Shown here in pieces: positions 21,137 to 31,332 of a DNA stretch of 64,000 bases. Position numbers and translations under genes: made by a program. Positions within the stretch are counted from its first letter, which is position 1. Every line of letters starts with the position of its first letter. This stretch comes from Wickerhamiella versatilis. Taxonomy: Eukaryota. The notes under the pieces are model-generated. The model was not told the DNA's origin. It ran no database searches and worked only from the letters and a program-made list of their open reading frames with translations. Where the stretch lies: the NCBI GenBank assembly GCA_030867685.1, contig JAQOWU010000008.1:3534001-3598000 (forward strand). Reading direction: 5' to 3'.

Positions 21137-22378
21137 CTATTCATGATATCTAAAATCTCCCACAACGAATGGCCTCTGAGGGAGTTTCCCAGGCACTGGC
21201 AGGAGAAGGCGGGCATCTCTCTTGTTATCTGCAGCCTCAACGACATGAATATATCCAAGTGTCTCTGCAGAGCCAACCACTTCTGGAGGGTCTGAAATAG
21301 AGGCATTAGCAACCGCGAGTAAACAATTTTGGATCACAGAAGATGGTTCTATCCGTTTTAGCAATTTACCCTCCTCGGCGGCATATTCTTTCTCCTCAAC
21401 AACACGATATACCACCAACGTGTTCAATCTAACAGTAATAGTGAATGGAGATAACACCTGGCGAGGAGAACCGAAGAAATATTCAGCAATAGCGTTTCGC
21501 TGGCAAGCTCTTGTGAATGAGCCATCCTCGTCCTTTTTCGCACCGGGTGACGGTTTTAGACGTATTACTGGCAGACTCAAAGCTATATCTTCTTCATGCA
21601 AAGACACAACTAAATCCACTTTTAGTATATCAATAAGTTTTTGGAGTTCAGGGACCTCAGCAGGGGTGTCTATTATCATGCCGGAATCTGAGAGTTGCTT
21701 ATCTTGTTCAAGTCTTTTGTTGACTCCTTCCATGAGCCGTAATGTGGTATTATAGTATGCCTCCGGGCTCTGCTGCGTAGTTGCCAAGCCGTAATTGTAA
21801 ACAAGTGGCTGCATGGGAATGGCTGGGGATGGGCCATTTACGGGCGCAGATCCCCATCCATTTTCTAGGTCAAGAATATGTGATATTGGTGTGGCGGTCA
21901 AAGCCCCTGGAGGAACAAATGCAGGCGTTTGGGGATCAAGGTTCAGAAAAGTGGGATACCTACCTTGCCGATAAGCATAAGAACAAAGAAGTTTCGCCAA
22001 AGACGTTTTCCCCGATTTCGGTGGCCCAATGATAAGTACACGTAGAGGTTCGCCTGCCTTATGCTTTTTTTCTAGCGCAAAATGCAAATTAGCCCACGAA
22101 CCCATGACAGGGTTCTCCTTTACTTCTTCTCTCGATGTGCCTGTGCATTCAAGCTTGCAGCCTCCCCAGCTGTAGACAGCAGCACGATAATTCCTAAAAT
22201 CGTATTCCCGTCCAAGTGCGAGTTCAGTGCCGAAAATTTCCGCTTTTCCCGCGACTAACTTTACAATAATCTTTCGATGTGCATCTACATCAAATGGCCA
22301 CTCCTGTCCAGGACCTACGTCGATAACAATACGGCCATGTGCCTCACTATGGCCAAGGCCGGGCAATGTCGTCGACAT
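21137..22378 (-). CDS. CLP1: Cleavage/polyadenylation factor Clp1
   Basis: MSTTLPGLG, GKAEIFGTELA, P-loop GPPKSGKTS, NLDP, SGMIIDTP, IAEYFFG. Confidence 0.93.
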   Translation of the reverse strand: MSTTLPGLGHSEAHGRIVIDVGPGQEWPFDVDAHRKIIVKLVAGKAEIFGTELALGREYDFRNYRAAVYSWGGCKLECTGTSREEVKENPVMGSWANLHFALEKKHKAGEPLRVLIIGPPKSGKTSLAKLLCSYAYRQGRYPTFLNLDPQTPAFVPPGALTATPISHILDLENGWGSAPVNGPSPAIPMQPLVYNYGLATTQQSPEAYYNTTLRLMEGVNKRLEQDKQLSDSGMIIDTPAEVPELQKLIDILKVDLVVSLHEEDIALSLPVIRLKPSPGAKKDEDGSFTRACQRNAIAEYFFGSPRQVLSPFTITVRLNTLVVYRVVEEKEYAAEEGKLLKRIEPSSVIQNCLLAVANASISDPPEVVGSAETLGYIHVVEAADNKRDARLLLPVPGKLPQRPFVVGDFRYHE

Positions 22379-22405
22379 TCCTCTTACAACCCTTACCTTA
22401 GATCC

Positions 22406-22648
22406 ATGGCACCAGAAGACATTCTGGTTCCTGGGGCTAATGCAACGCCAGAACAGAAGCCGCTAAAACCCCAAAGCATTGAGAATCATAGAACAAACTT
22501 TGAGCTAAACCTCGACCCTCTGGATGCCGACCCAAAACATATAAGCACTGCAAGGTTTCGTGAAGCACTAGCGGAAGACGACTATGAACTCGAAGTTCGA
22601 ACGGATGAAGCTATTTACAAAGATGTATTAATGCGCATTAATGAATAA
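22406..22648 (+). CDS. Hypothetical 80-aa acidic protein
   Basis: ATG in ccATGg context; fills the CLP1-MIP1 gap and ends 5 bp from the MIP1 stop; protein-like composition. Confidence 0.55.
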   Translation: MAPEDILVPGANATPEQKPLKPQSIENHRTNFELNLDPLDADPKHISTARFREALAEDDYELEVRTDEAIYKDVLMRINE

Positions 22649-22653
22649 ATAAA

Positions 22654-25600
22654 TTATAACATATCTCTCCGACGTCTACGAGAGCGTACTAGGGGAATAT
22701 AAGCGTCCATTTTAACCGTAACCTTCTCCCGCGCTTGATGGGCAAGTTGTTTTTCAAGATTACAAGCTTCTTCTTCTGTACCAATCTGTGCCCACAAATA
22801 GCTTTGAACACTAGGGCCCTGATCTATTTCGCTCAAAACCGGCTGTCGAGGTATATATGTCTCGTGCTCGAACTCGCGGACTCGCTCCTTATCAGCATCA
22901 CCCAATGAAGGACAAATTTTGGCAAGATCTTCAATATTTAACGCCAATCCTGGTGCAAGTGGTTCAGGATGAGATGGAGTAATGCACGAGTCGTCAGCTT
23001 CTTTTCGTAGAATATTATCTATGTCAACAAGAGAGAAAAATGCAATTGAGGCAGGCATATTGTCAAATCCTAGTTGTTGGCAAAACATCGCTCGTGTCCA
23101 TAGGTTGGCTATTTGAAGCGCGAGTGCTGCACGTTTTGAATCCTCCGCTTTGGCTAGGTAACGGACTTCATCATGGACACTGAGCAACAGGCGAGCATCG
23201 ATGTGATAGACGTATGTTAGATAGTGCATGCTAGCAATGAGAAGATGTAAATAGTCGACACCGCTGGACTGAATAGACCAATTAATCCGTGAGGTCAGGA
23301 AACTGCTGTTTCGGAGATTCTGTGAAGTAAGAGCGTGGGTTATACCGGCCGCCAACACAGGCGTTCGTTGCCGGGACTGATTAGCCATTAACTCTAGTTG
23401 GTTGAATACCACACTCTCTGTCCCACCTCTCCAGTATTTCTTGAGGGGAAACACAGATGAGGACATCTTGGCACCTTTGGTGGCGAAGTACAACTTTGCA
23501 GCCGTCTCACTTGCCTTTGATACACTCATAATGGGATCAAAATGCCTCAACAACCGCGTTGTAAACTCTCTCCCAGCACCATATATCCGTCCATAATTAA
23601 AAACTTTCGCCTCATTGCGATTGATCCCAAGAATTTGTGCTGTTCGCGAATGTAAATCCGTGCCCTCAGATTTAGATCCTTCAAGCGTCATCCATCCTAA
23701 AGCTGTTCCCCCATGTATGCCAAAAAGAGAATCACCCACAAGGCTCGCAATCCACAACTCTTCAGAGTCAACATCAGCACCAACAATTTCATATCCTGGT
23801 GGGGCTTGAACCATAGCCTTGAGTTCACTGCCCAGTCGTGTCTTTTTAGCATTTGACGCGGTTAACCATAAATCTTCCACAGAGCGCCGAGTTACAGTAC
23901 CCATTGGAACAACCCGTGGCAGGATCATGCCGGACTTCGGATCAGCCATTCCCATGTCAACGTCTGGCTGGTAGACAGGCATCTGGCTAAGAACCCTCTT
24001 GCGGGCACTGATCCAATAAGAACACTCAGTGTTTGCCCGTATAGCTGCCAGCGCATGAGCATTCTCCGAAGTAAGCACTTCGCTCTCAAAATAGGGAACG
24101 AACGCTTTGGCAAGCGGATTCGTGCAGCGCGACCCAGAGCCACCACTGGGATGTGGCAATTTGAATAGGAATCCATCTGAAGATTCAGTGACACACTCGT
24201 AATTGAGTTTCTTATATTTTCGATAGTGTTTGTGTGCAGCACAGAAACACCAGCCGTGCTCATTATACCATCGAAGTGGATGGCCATCCCATTGCAACCG
24301 AAGGAGCAGAGGTGTTATTCGGGAACGCACTGTCAGGTTTGGCCCTGTAGTCTCCCCCTTAGGAAAAATGTCTTTAAACCACTTTGGCTTCCCAGGCATT
24401 TTTTGATTCTTCGCAATTCTCATTTCTTCATTTTTACGTTTCGGCTTTACCCATCGAATAGGTTTAACCTCCCAATCCAATTGTTGCAGCCAAGGATCTG
24501 CCTTGGCCTCCTTCATTTTCTCTGGAGAGTCGACATAGTTGGCGTAGCTTACTGCCAACTCGGCAAGTTTATCATTAATGCTGCAACTAATTTTTTGGAA
24601 CATTGTCTCTGCATTGTCCACATAGTTTTGCCAGGTTTCGTTCACAGGAAGAAATTGGGACGACATCGACCGAAGGGCTCCAAAGCTTACAGGGTGTGGA
24701 CATAAGTTCAGAAAGCTTGGAAGAACTTTATCAAATATTAATTTTGTATATGCAACATCCCGTGCACAGTATTGCAAGAGCTCATCAAGGCGACTACAAG
24801 TTCCTTCACGATCCAGAATGCCGAAGAAATCCCTGTCTGTTTTGTCCACATCTATACCCAAATTATACTTTACAACTTCAGCCAGGCTGTTCCTTGTCGC
24901 ATGAAAAAACCATGGTTCGTTTTTCAGCTGATAGTCCAATGCATTGTCCGACCCATCCTCATCCCTGGCCTCCATTGATTTGCGAAGTTTAGCCCAAGCT
25001 GGGCGCTGTTGAGAGCACATGCCATTAGTAGCAATGTGGAATGACATTGTATCCATGAAAAACTTTTCTGATGCCTTAATATTATATTCTTCCTTCACAC
25101 GTTTCCGATCATAGCCTATGTTATGGCCGATCACAACCTGCTTGTGGTCGCCTAATGGAATTAGCTGGCGTTCATTGCTCGTTTCACCTAATAACCAAGG
25201 GCTTATCCAGGCATAAAATGCTTTGTTGGATACGGCGGTGGCCATCACCGCGAATTCATGAATATGGTATAAAACCTCGACATCAAAAACGATTACTTCT
25301 TCCAGTGGGTAATCAACCGGCTCGGGGGGATTTTCACCAGCCGCATAACGTACCCATCCTGATTTTCGCAGCCAGTGCTTAGGGATTGGTGCTGCCTTTT
25401 TGGTAATGAAGTCGCGACACCATTTAAGATATGGTTCCGACATTTGGCGACCAATCTTTTGAAAATGAGAGTCAAGATTGCTTCCAACTAAGTTAGGGAC
25501 ATCGATGTCCAGCTTTTTTGGCGCGGTCGTTTTACGCCCAAGCAGATCATGCGCTCTCAGATGTCTTAGCACAGCTTCAACTTTTTTAGGGGATTGGGAT

Positions 25601-25734
25601 GCCTTATTAGATCCAAACACAGATTTCCGTAATTTATCATCCAAAAGATATATACCTGCTGCATTGCGATGCTTTTCCGCTTGTCTCAGAGATGCCGAGG
25701 CACCTAAAGACGTGAACAAGCGACGCATACGCAT
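22654..25734 (-). CDS. MIP1: Mitochondrial DNA polymerase gamma
   Basis: ExoI VFDVE, ExoII GHNIGYD, ExoIII YCARDV, motif A GADVDSEELW, motif B AKVFNYGRIYGAG, motif C SVHDEVRY. Confidence 0.98.
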   Translation of the reverse strand: MRMRRLFTSLGASASLRQAEKHRNAAGIYLLDDKLRKSVFGSNKASQSPKKVEAVLRHLRAHDLLGRKTTAPKKLDIDVPNLVGSNLDSHFQKIGRQMSEPYLKWCRDFITKKAAPIPKHWLRKSGWVRYAAGENPPEPVDYPLEEVIVFDVEVLYHIHEFAVMATAVSNKAFYAWISPWLLGETSNERQLIPLGDHKQVVIGHNIGYDRKRVKEEYNIKASEKFFMDTMSFHIATNGMCSQQRPAWAKLRKSMEARDEDGSDNALDYQLKNEPWFFHATRNSLAEVVKYNLGIDVDKTDRDFFGILDREGTCSRLDELLQYCARDVAYTKLIFDKVLPSFLNLCPHPVSFGALRSMSSQFLPVNETWQNYVDNAETMFQKISCSINDKLAELAVSYANYVDSPEKMKEAKADPWLQQLDWEVKPIRWVKPKRKNEEMRIAKNQKMPGKPKWFKDIFPKGETTGPNLTVRSRITPLLLRLQWDGHPLRWYNEHGWCFCAAHKHYRKYKKLNYECVTESSDGFLFKLPHPSGGSGSRCTNPLAKAFVPYFESEVLTSENAHALAAIRANTECSYWISARKRVLSQMPVYQPDVDMGMADPKSGMILPRVVPMGTVTRRSVEDLWLTASNAKKTRLGSELKAMVQAPPGYEIVGADVDSEELWIASLVGDSLFGIHGGTALGWMTLEGSKSEGTDLHSRTAQILGINRNEAKVFNYGRIYGAGREFTTRLLRHFDPIMSVSKASETAAKLYFATKGAKMSSSVFPLKKYWRGGTESVVFNQLELMANQSRQRTPVLAAGITHALTSQNLRNSSFLTSRINWSIQSSGVDYLHLLIASMHYLTYVYHIDARLLLSVHDEVRYLAKAEDSKRAALALQIANLWTRAMFCQQLGFDNMPASIAFFSLVDIDNILRKEADDSCITPSHPEPLAPGLALNIEDLAKICPSLGDADKERVREFEHETYIPRQPVLSEIDQGPSVQSYLWAQIGTEEEACNLEKQLAHQAREKVTVKMDAYIPLVRSRRRRRDML

Positions 25735-25778
25735 CTGATTATTCAGCGAATCGTACGTGCAGGAACGGGTATATATAA

Positions 25779-26408
25779 ATGATTGTGTTACCGGTGGTGG
25801 ACGGAAGAGTAATCGTATGGGACATAAATCATATTAAACTGCTTCGTGAAAATTACAACATATGTGGTGTACTTACCGGAGTACTGCCGCAGTTCCCGCA
25901 ACAAAACGTTTTTCAGGGATTGCCTTTGCAGCTTATGCCAGAGGACGTGAAATATCTGCGTGAGTGTGGAGCCATCGAATTAGTCGATGATGCGCTTGCT
26001 CAATCTTCGAATATTGAAGATGAAGGTGCTGTAGAACGGTCTTCTCGAGCTGTAAAGCTTGGCGGGGTGTCGTCTAAACCACAGATACCTCTCACTACCA
26101 GCTATGAGCTTCCTGATGAGGCGGGTTACACTATATTTAAATATCTCATTAAGCGTGGCTATTATTTGCTACCAGGGCTTCGCTTCGGATGCCAGTACAT
26201 GGCCTATCCAGGTGATATCGTTCGCTACCATTCTCACTTCAACGTGCAAGCATTCCACTGGAATCAAAAATTCCCCATTCTGGAAATTACTGGCTGCGGA
26301 AGGCTAGGCACAACAGTAAAAAAATGCTGGGTTGTTGGTGCAAAACCTCCAGATTCTGAAATTGACGAGCCGCGAATTTTCAGTGTAGAGTGGGCTGGAT
26401 TTGGTTAA
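25779..26408 (+). CDS. SEN34: tRNA splicing endonuclease catalytic subunit Sen34
   Basis: GVLTGVLPQFPQQNVFQGLPLQLMPE, PGLRFGCQYMAYPGD..RYHSH, GRLGTTVKK, EWAGFG. Confidence 0.95.
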   Translation: MIVLPVVDGRVIVWDINHIKLLRENYNICGVLTGVLPQFPQQNVFQGLPLQLMPEDVKYLRECGAIELVDDALAQSSNIEDEGAVERSSRAVKLGGVSSKPQIPLTTSYELPDEAGYTIFKYLIKRGYYLLPGLRFGCQYMAYPGDIVRYHSHFNVQAFHWNQKFPILEITGCGRLGTTVKKCWVVGAKPPDSEIDEPRIFSVEWAGFG

Positions 26409-26830
26409 AGGACTCCAAAAACTGAATACTTTTTGGTATCTGAAACCTCCACAAGAAGTTCTCTAAGCAGGTCTGGTGGGTTTTTTCCCAGCTTATTTGC
26501 TCGATCCCATCTGGCCAGGCGGGTTAGACCTGCTGCTGGCCCAAAGTCCCTATTTAAATCAAATTGCCTTAGCACCTTATCAACAATGGACATGTTGACT
26601 TCATGGATAGGAGGAGTAGGGTCACTCTGATCAAGCAGAGGCAAGTATTTGTACTGGTCGATTTCGTACTCTTGCGATTGTTGCTTTGAATTTGCATTAT
26701 GAGGGGCCACCGTTCGGGAACGAGAGGTTGCATTCAGATCTTTTGCAGCTGTTACTACCCTCCTCGGGTTTCCGAATGCCCCCGAAATTGTTTGCTGTCT
26801 CTTTTTGGAGGAGTTATGCTGGACTACCAT
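26405..26830 (-). CDS. POLD4: DNA polymerase delta subunit 4 (p12/Cdm1)
   Basis: PIP-like QQTISGAF near the N-terminus; LRQFDL..DFGP..GLTRL.RW.RA.KLG.NPP. Confidence 0.88.
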   Translation of the reverse strand: MVVQHNSSKKRQQTISGAFGNPRRVVTAAKDLNATSRSRTVAPHNANSKQQSQEYEIDQYKYLPLLDQSDPTPPIHEVNMSIVDKVLRQFDLNRDFGPAAGLTRLARWDRANKLGKNPPDLLRELLVEVSDTKKYSVFGVL

Positions 26831-26862
26831 AACGATATGCAGCAACAAATTAGAAATCAATT

Positions 26863-26886
26863 ATAATAATAATAATAATAATAATA
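26863..26886. repeat. (AAT)n microsatellite, about 8 units
   Basis: ataataataataataataataata. Confidence 0.9.
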
Positions 26887-27222
26887 GAATGACTAATACC
26901 GACAACTAGCTTGAATTTCACGAAATGCTGGGCCGAGCTAATTAAGAGATCAAAGTAGGTATCCCGGAATTGATGGGAGCAAGCGGGAGTCTAGAAACAC
27001 CCATACCTTGCTCCATATTTCAAATAGTCCATTGTAAGAACGGGAATGTGATTGACATGACACTATTCCCAGCTAATTTTACACTAAACAAAACAATTTC
27101 AAGAGCTTAACTCACCCTATTTCCCTTGACAGTTCTAATAACCCACATATAGGTCTCTTCAAGTCGATATCAGTATCGCAGTCAGTTCATATAAAATGAT
27201 TAGATAATTGCTTGTTGTGGAT

Positions 27223-27870
27223 ATGCTTCTCTACACGTATATCGCAAGAAGCAGTGATGGGCTGCCCTTGGTCGCGTCGGTCGAGGAACACAAGACAAAT
27301 CTCGACGAGCAAAAAAAACAGCTTAAAGCTATTGTAGGGAAAATCAGCGGGTCTAGTACGCCAAGAGCTAGCATTGCCAGTGGAAGATTTATGCTCCACT
27401 ATTTACTTGACGAGGATTACCAAGTTATTTTTATGTGCATAACCGAGGCAAAGTTCCCGCAAAAGCTTGTATTCACATACCTGGATGAGCTCCGTAAAGA
27501 ATTCGTAACTTCCTACGGTACGGAGGCACAAAAGCTCACAACAAGGGCATTTCAGTTCGCGCAGTTTGACACGTACATTCAAAAGACAAAGAGAATATAC
27601 CAGGATTCACGTGCATCGCAAAATTTGGACCGTTTAAATGCAGATCTTCAAGATGTGCAAAAAGTCATGACCAAAAATATTGAAGATCTGCTATATAGAG
27701 GCGATAGTCTCGACAAAATGTCAGATCTGTCGTCATCGCTGCGTTCAGAGTCAAAAAAATACCGCAGAGCAGCACGTAGGGTCAATGTCGAGGCCATGCT
27801 TCGTCAATATGCGCCCATCACGGGAATTGTGTTCATTGTCCTTTTCATCATATGGTGGCGATTTTTTTAA
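27223..27870 (+). CDS. SEC22: ER-Golgi R-SNARE Sec22
   Basis: Longin domain (DGLPLVAS, YLDELRKEF), SNARE motif MTKNIEDLLYRGDSLD, C-terminal TM. Confidence 0.96.
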   Translation: MLLYTYIARSSDGLPLVASVEEHKTNLDEQKKQLKAIVGKISGSSTPRASIASGRFMLHYLLDEDYQVIFMCITEAKFPQKLVFTYLDELRKEFVTSYGTEAQKLTTRAFQFAQFDTYIQKTKRIYQDSRASQNLDRLNADLQDVQKVMTKNIEDLLYRGDSLDKMSDLSSSLRSESKKYRRAARRVNVEAMLRQYAPITGIVFIVLFIIWWRFF

Positions 27871-27962
27871 GAACTATAAATTCAGTCTATGCAAGATACA
27901 AATACATAATAATAGTCCGTATACTAGAGTTTGAGCCCATATCTAATTCAGGTGCCATTTAT

Positions 27963-28646
27963 ATGTTTAGTCAGGTTTTCATTCTCTGCCCAATGCCGGG
28001 TGCTGTGAGGTATTTCAGCACAAGTTCGAGACGATGCATCGGCTTTTCGGACTTATTTAAAAACCTCACATCATGGAAACAACCTAAAAAAGTAAGTAAG
28101 GTGGTGGACCCTACGAAGCAGGGTGACTCGGCCAGCAACGAATCTATCCCAGAGGATAGCGAACCTCGGAAGCTTAAGATGCTGGGCAAACCATATAATA
28201 TTCAAAAAGATTGGCCAAAGGTCGAGAAGTTCACCCAGTACTCTGCCTGGCCAACAAACTTGTACCGAAGCGAGCTCACTGCGGATAATATTGAGCATGC
28301 CCTTCAAGCAGCGTTTCCCGAGGGCGATGCCAGTGTTGCTGATATATTCAAGAGGTTTGCAGGAATAAAAGAAATCACCAAGACTTTGAATATTGCCATT
28401 CCAGATTCAGAGTTTTCGTCATTCAAGACAGTAAACAACGTCAAGGAGCATTTGCTATCAGTCTCACGTAAATATGACGAAAGACAGCCCGATGCGGTAT
28501 ATCTCGATGCCAAAGACTTTGTCGGCACGAATATTACTCTTTCAGATCCTGTGATGGAGCGTCGGTCCCGTAAGGAGAGATATCAGAAACTATTAAAGGA
28601 AGCTCGCAAGGCACGTAGAGAGCAGGCCAAGGAAGCATTAGCTTAA
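27963..28646 (+). CDS. Mitochondrial large-subunit ribosomal protein, mL50 (MrpL13)-like; start uncertain (27963 or 27993)
   Basis: Presequence RYFSTSSRR; KRFAGIKEI...AIPD.EF..FKTVNNV resembles Ribosomal_L50. Confidence 0.6.
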   Translation: MFSQVFILCPMPGAVRYFSTSSRRCIGFSDLFKNLTSWKQPKKVSKVVDPTKQGDSASNESIPEDSEPRKLKMLGKPYNIQKDWPKVEKFTQYSAWPTNLYRSELTADNIEHALQAAFPEGDASVADIFKRFAGIKEITKTLNIAIPDSEFSSFKTVNNVKEHLLSVSRKYDERQPDAVYLDAKDFVGTNITLSDPVMERRSRKERYQKLLKEARKARREQAKEALA

Positions 28647-28681
28647 ATACTTGTACATAGAAGACTTACATGATATGGAAA

Positions 28682-30394
28682 TTAAGTACGACGCCAGAGC
28701 ACCGCAGCAATGGCGAGGACGGCAAGCCCGCCCGCTAAAAGGGGCAACGCAGAGTCAAACGTTCCAGGAATCTCAGCTCGCCCTTCTACATGATGAAGGT
28801 AGATGTTGGCTTTGTTGTTGCCTGCCTTTTGAGCTGTGCCTATTGCCTCAGCAACATCCTCATCCGAGGTAATTGCGATAACGTCTCCTTCTTCGTCAAC
28901 ATAAGATACCGCAAAGTGGTCGGCCCCACCCAAGATCTTCAAATCGTTAGATGAGAGTTTAGCCATCACGGCCTCCCTGAACTCCTTCACAGAAGCACCT
29001 GAGTGAATGTTTATACGATGGGCGCGCCCACTCGGCACACGAAACTTGAAAACAAACTGAGACCGTTGCTCGCTTTGGGACCATTCACGTGTAGAGAGGG
29101 AATCATCATCCAGGACGATGTCGGATGGTACGTTAGAAGTGAAGTCTGACATGGGGTTATCAAAAGCCTCATAAGTATCTGGTACCTCTGGTATGGCAAA
29201 TTCTGCTAGTTCACTTTCACTCACCTCGTCATTGAAGCCGCCAGCAAAGTCAAGTGAATCCTGGGACTCATTTGTGGTCGATGAAGCCTCATCCAGAGTG
29301 GCCCAAAATTGATTAAGGGCAGTACCCTCATCTGCTTGCTCACCACGGTCGGTCATGCCATTAATTTGTTCGAGTGTCGCATAGGTGAGACGAAGAACAT
29401 CAACTATTCCAATAATTTGACCATCAACTCCAGTAACCGGCAAATTAAGGTAATGGCCTTCATGCATTTTACGAAGTGCTTCCTGAATACTCATAGTTAT
29501 TGGTGCCGCGTCTGGTTCAGGAGTCATGACTCTAACAACGGAACACCGATATGGATCCAATCCAGCAGATAGTACACGGAGTACTATGTCCTTTGACGTG
29601 AAAATACCGCAGACAGACTCTTCGTTTCTCACGAGTACGGCGGTGGTTTGCCTCTCCCTCATCTGGATTGCGGCGTCAGATACGGTTGATCTGACATCCA
29701 CAACCACTGGAGGCCTGCCAGTAAGAACGCTGCTGAGGTCGGGGCCTTGAGTCCGTGCATGCAATGCTTGCACATAACTCAAGAATTTGGCTGGTTGTTT
29801 GGCGCCCAATTCATTCTTAACACCCTCTAGAGCATCATGAAGACGGCGAGAAGACTCGTAGGCACGCTCGAGTTTCTGCATAGCCTCATAAAAGCATTTG
29901 GTTATATCCAATATTCCTGCTATTTCACCCTCCGGTCCCATTACCGGTAAATGTCGGAATCCTCTAGTAACCATGAGGTTGAGGGCATCCATTGCAGATG
30001 TAGACGTGCTAACGCATCTAGGATTAAGGGTCATGATACTGCTCACTGTAAGATTGAATCTGTCCACTGGCAGGCCTACCACTTTTAATGCAAGGTCCTT
30101 GGCTGTGAAAATGCCGCACACCGCTCCCTCATCGTCTAGAACTAGGGCACAGTTAGCACGGTGTGCACTCAAATATTGGGACGCTGTTAGCACACCGGTG
30201 TCATGAGACATCGTAAGTGGTGGTAATGGGCGCAGGCCCATCACCGATCCTGGCACTTTTCTTCCAGTGGCCACCGGCTTTGCGAAGGCAGCCTTATGCT
30301 TGCGTTTACCTATTTCGTTTTCCAATCTTCGTCGTAATTGTTCATCGCGCCTACTCTGGCGGCCACGACCATCGCCTGCCTCGACCCGAGACAT
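28682..30394 (-). CDS. 4xCBS + PB1 + C-terminal TM protein (S. pombe Mug70-like)
   Basis: GIFTAKDLA, RGFRHLPV, GIFTSKDIV, GHYLNLPV; PB1 OPCA motif YVDEEGDVIAITSDED; C-terminal TM. Confidence 0.9.
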   Translation of the reverse strand: MSRVEAGDGRGRQSRRDEQLRRRLENEIGKRKHKAAFAKPVATGRKVPGSVMGLRPLPPLTMSHDTGVLTASQYLSAHRANCALVLDDEGAVCGIFTAKDLALKVVGLPVDRFNLTVSSIMTLNPRCVSTSTSAMDALNLMVTRGFRHLPVMGPEGEIAGILDITKCFYEAMQKLERAYESSRRLHDALEGVKNELGAKQPAKFLSYVQALHARTQGPDLSSVLTGRPPVVVDVRSTVSDAAIQMRERQTTAVLVRNEESVCGIFTSKDIVLRVLSAGLDPYRCSVVRVMTPEPDAAPITMSIQEALRKMHEGHYLNLPVTGVDGQIIGIVDVLRLTYATLEQINGMTDRGEQADEGTALNQFWATLDEASSTTNESQDSLDFAGGFNDEVSESELAEFAIPEVPDTYEAFDNPMSDFTSNVPSDIVLDDDSLSTREWSQSEQRSQFVFKFRVPSGRAHRINIHSGASVKEFREAVMAKLSSNDLKILGGADHFAVSYVDEEGDVIAITSDEDVAEAIGTAQKAGNNKANIYLHHVEGRAEIPGTFDSALPLLAGGLAVLAIAAVLWRRT

Positions 30395-31332
30395 TTGGTA
30401 AACACACAGTTTTGTTCTGAACCAGTAAATGTAAACAATGGCTGGGTTAGGTGGTTATGTAATTATAGTCCCACTTGGATTGTCGCCTGAGATTAGGGCT
30501 TTGCCCCTGGCCCAGCAAGATAAAGGACAAAGGTTTCAAAATATTCTTTGGCGGCTTGTAAATGGTGTTGCAGGCAATTTTTGAAGAGACCATTGAGACT
30601 ACTTAGCAGATAACCAGTTAATTGCCTTTCCCGGCCCTGTAATTTTGCTAATTTCTATAAGATACTTAAGCCCCAATTCTGATTTTTTATCAAGCATACT
30701 AATAAGCTGCGTTGGTCCCACATCACTTCTTGCTACTGTACGTGAGACATTGTAAAACTCCGTGAATCATTCCGGTTAGTTTCCACTTTTTGATGGTTCA
30801 CAAGTCCGCATACTGAATGCAGCATTGTTCTGTGTGGACCTACGTTTCTCCCTAAATAATATACCAGATGCAATATTCGACACTAAATATAACCGAATGT
30901 ACTTTTTACACCGTTGGTGGGGCGAGGCCTAGTTGTTTCGTCAGAAATTATGCTCTATGTGGCACTATCATCTTGAAACTGCTTGTCTCAGACAATCAAT
31001 AACTCCTTTCCACTCGAGATTCATCAAGCTTGTAATTTTAATATAAATTCAACTATCTATGAACGAATACTCAAAGATTAGGCTAGTTTATCTAGTACCC
31101 GAAATAAGTGCCACCCAAATTATGGCCCGCATTGCTCCATCAGAGTGCTTTCTTCTCTTCGGCTCGCGTGCATGTTTCACTCGCAGCCGACATACATGCA
31201 CAATTGTACCTGTGATGCTGCATAAATAGGGGTAAGATCAGGGCCAGGGTCTGTAAGAACGTCTTTTGACCTCCTTGAATACTAGTAATTGAAAGTTAAA
31301 TTGTCTGCTTTGCCCCATAGTAGCCTCTTCAG

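Noticed and set aside
21137..26408. CLP1 near SEN34 (human CLP1 associates with the TSEN complex)
   Set aside because: Separated by MIP1; the Clp1 looks yeast-type and yeast Clp1 is not known as a SEN partner, so probably chance
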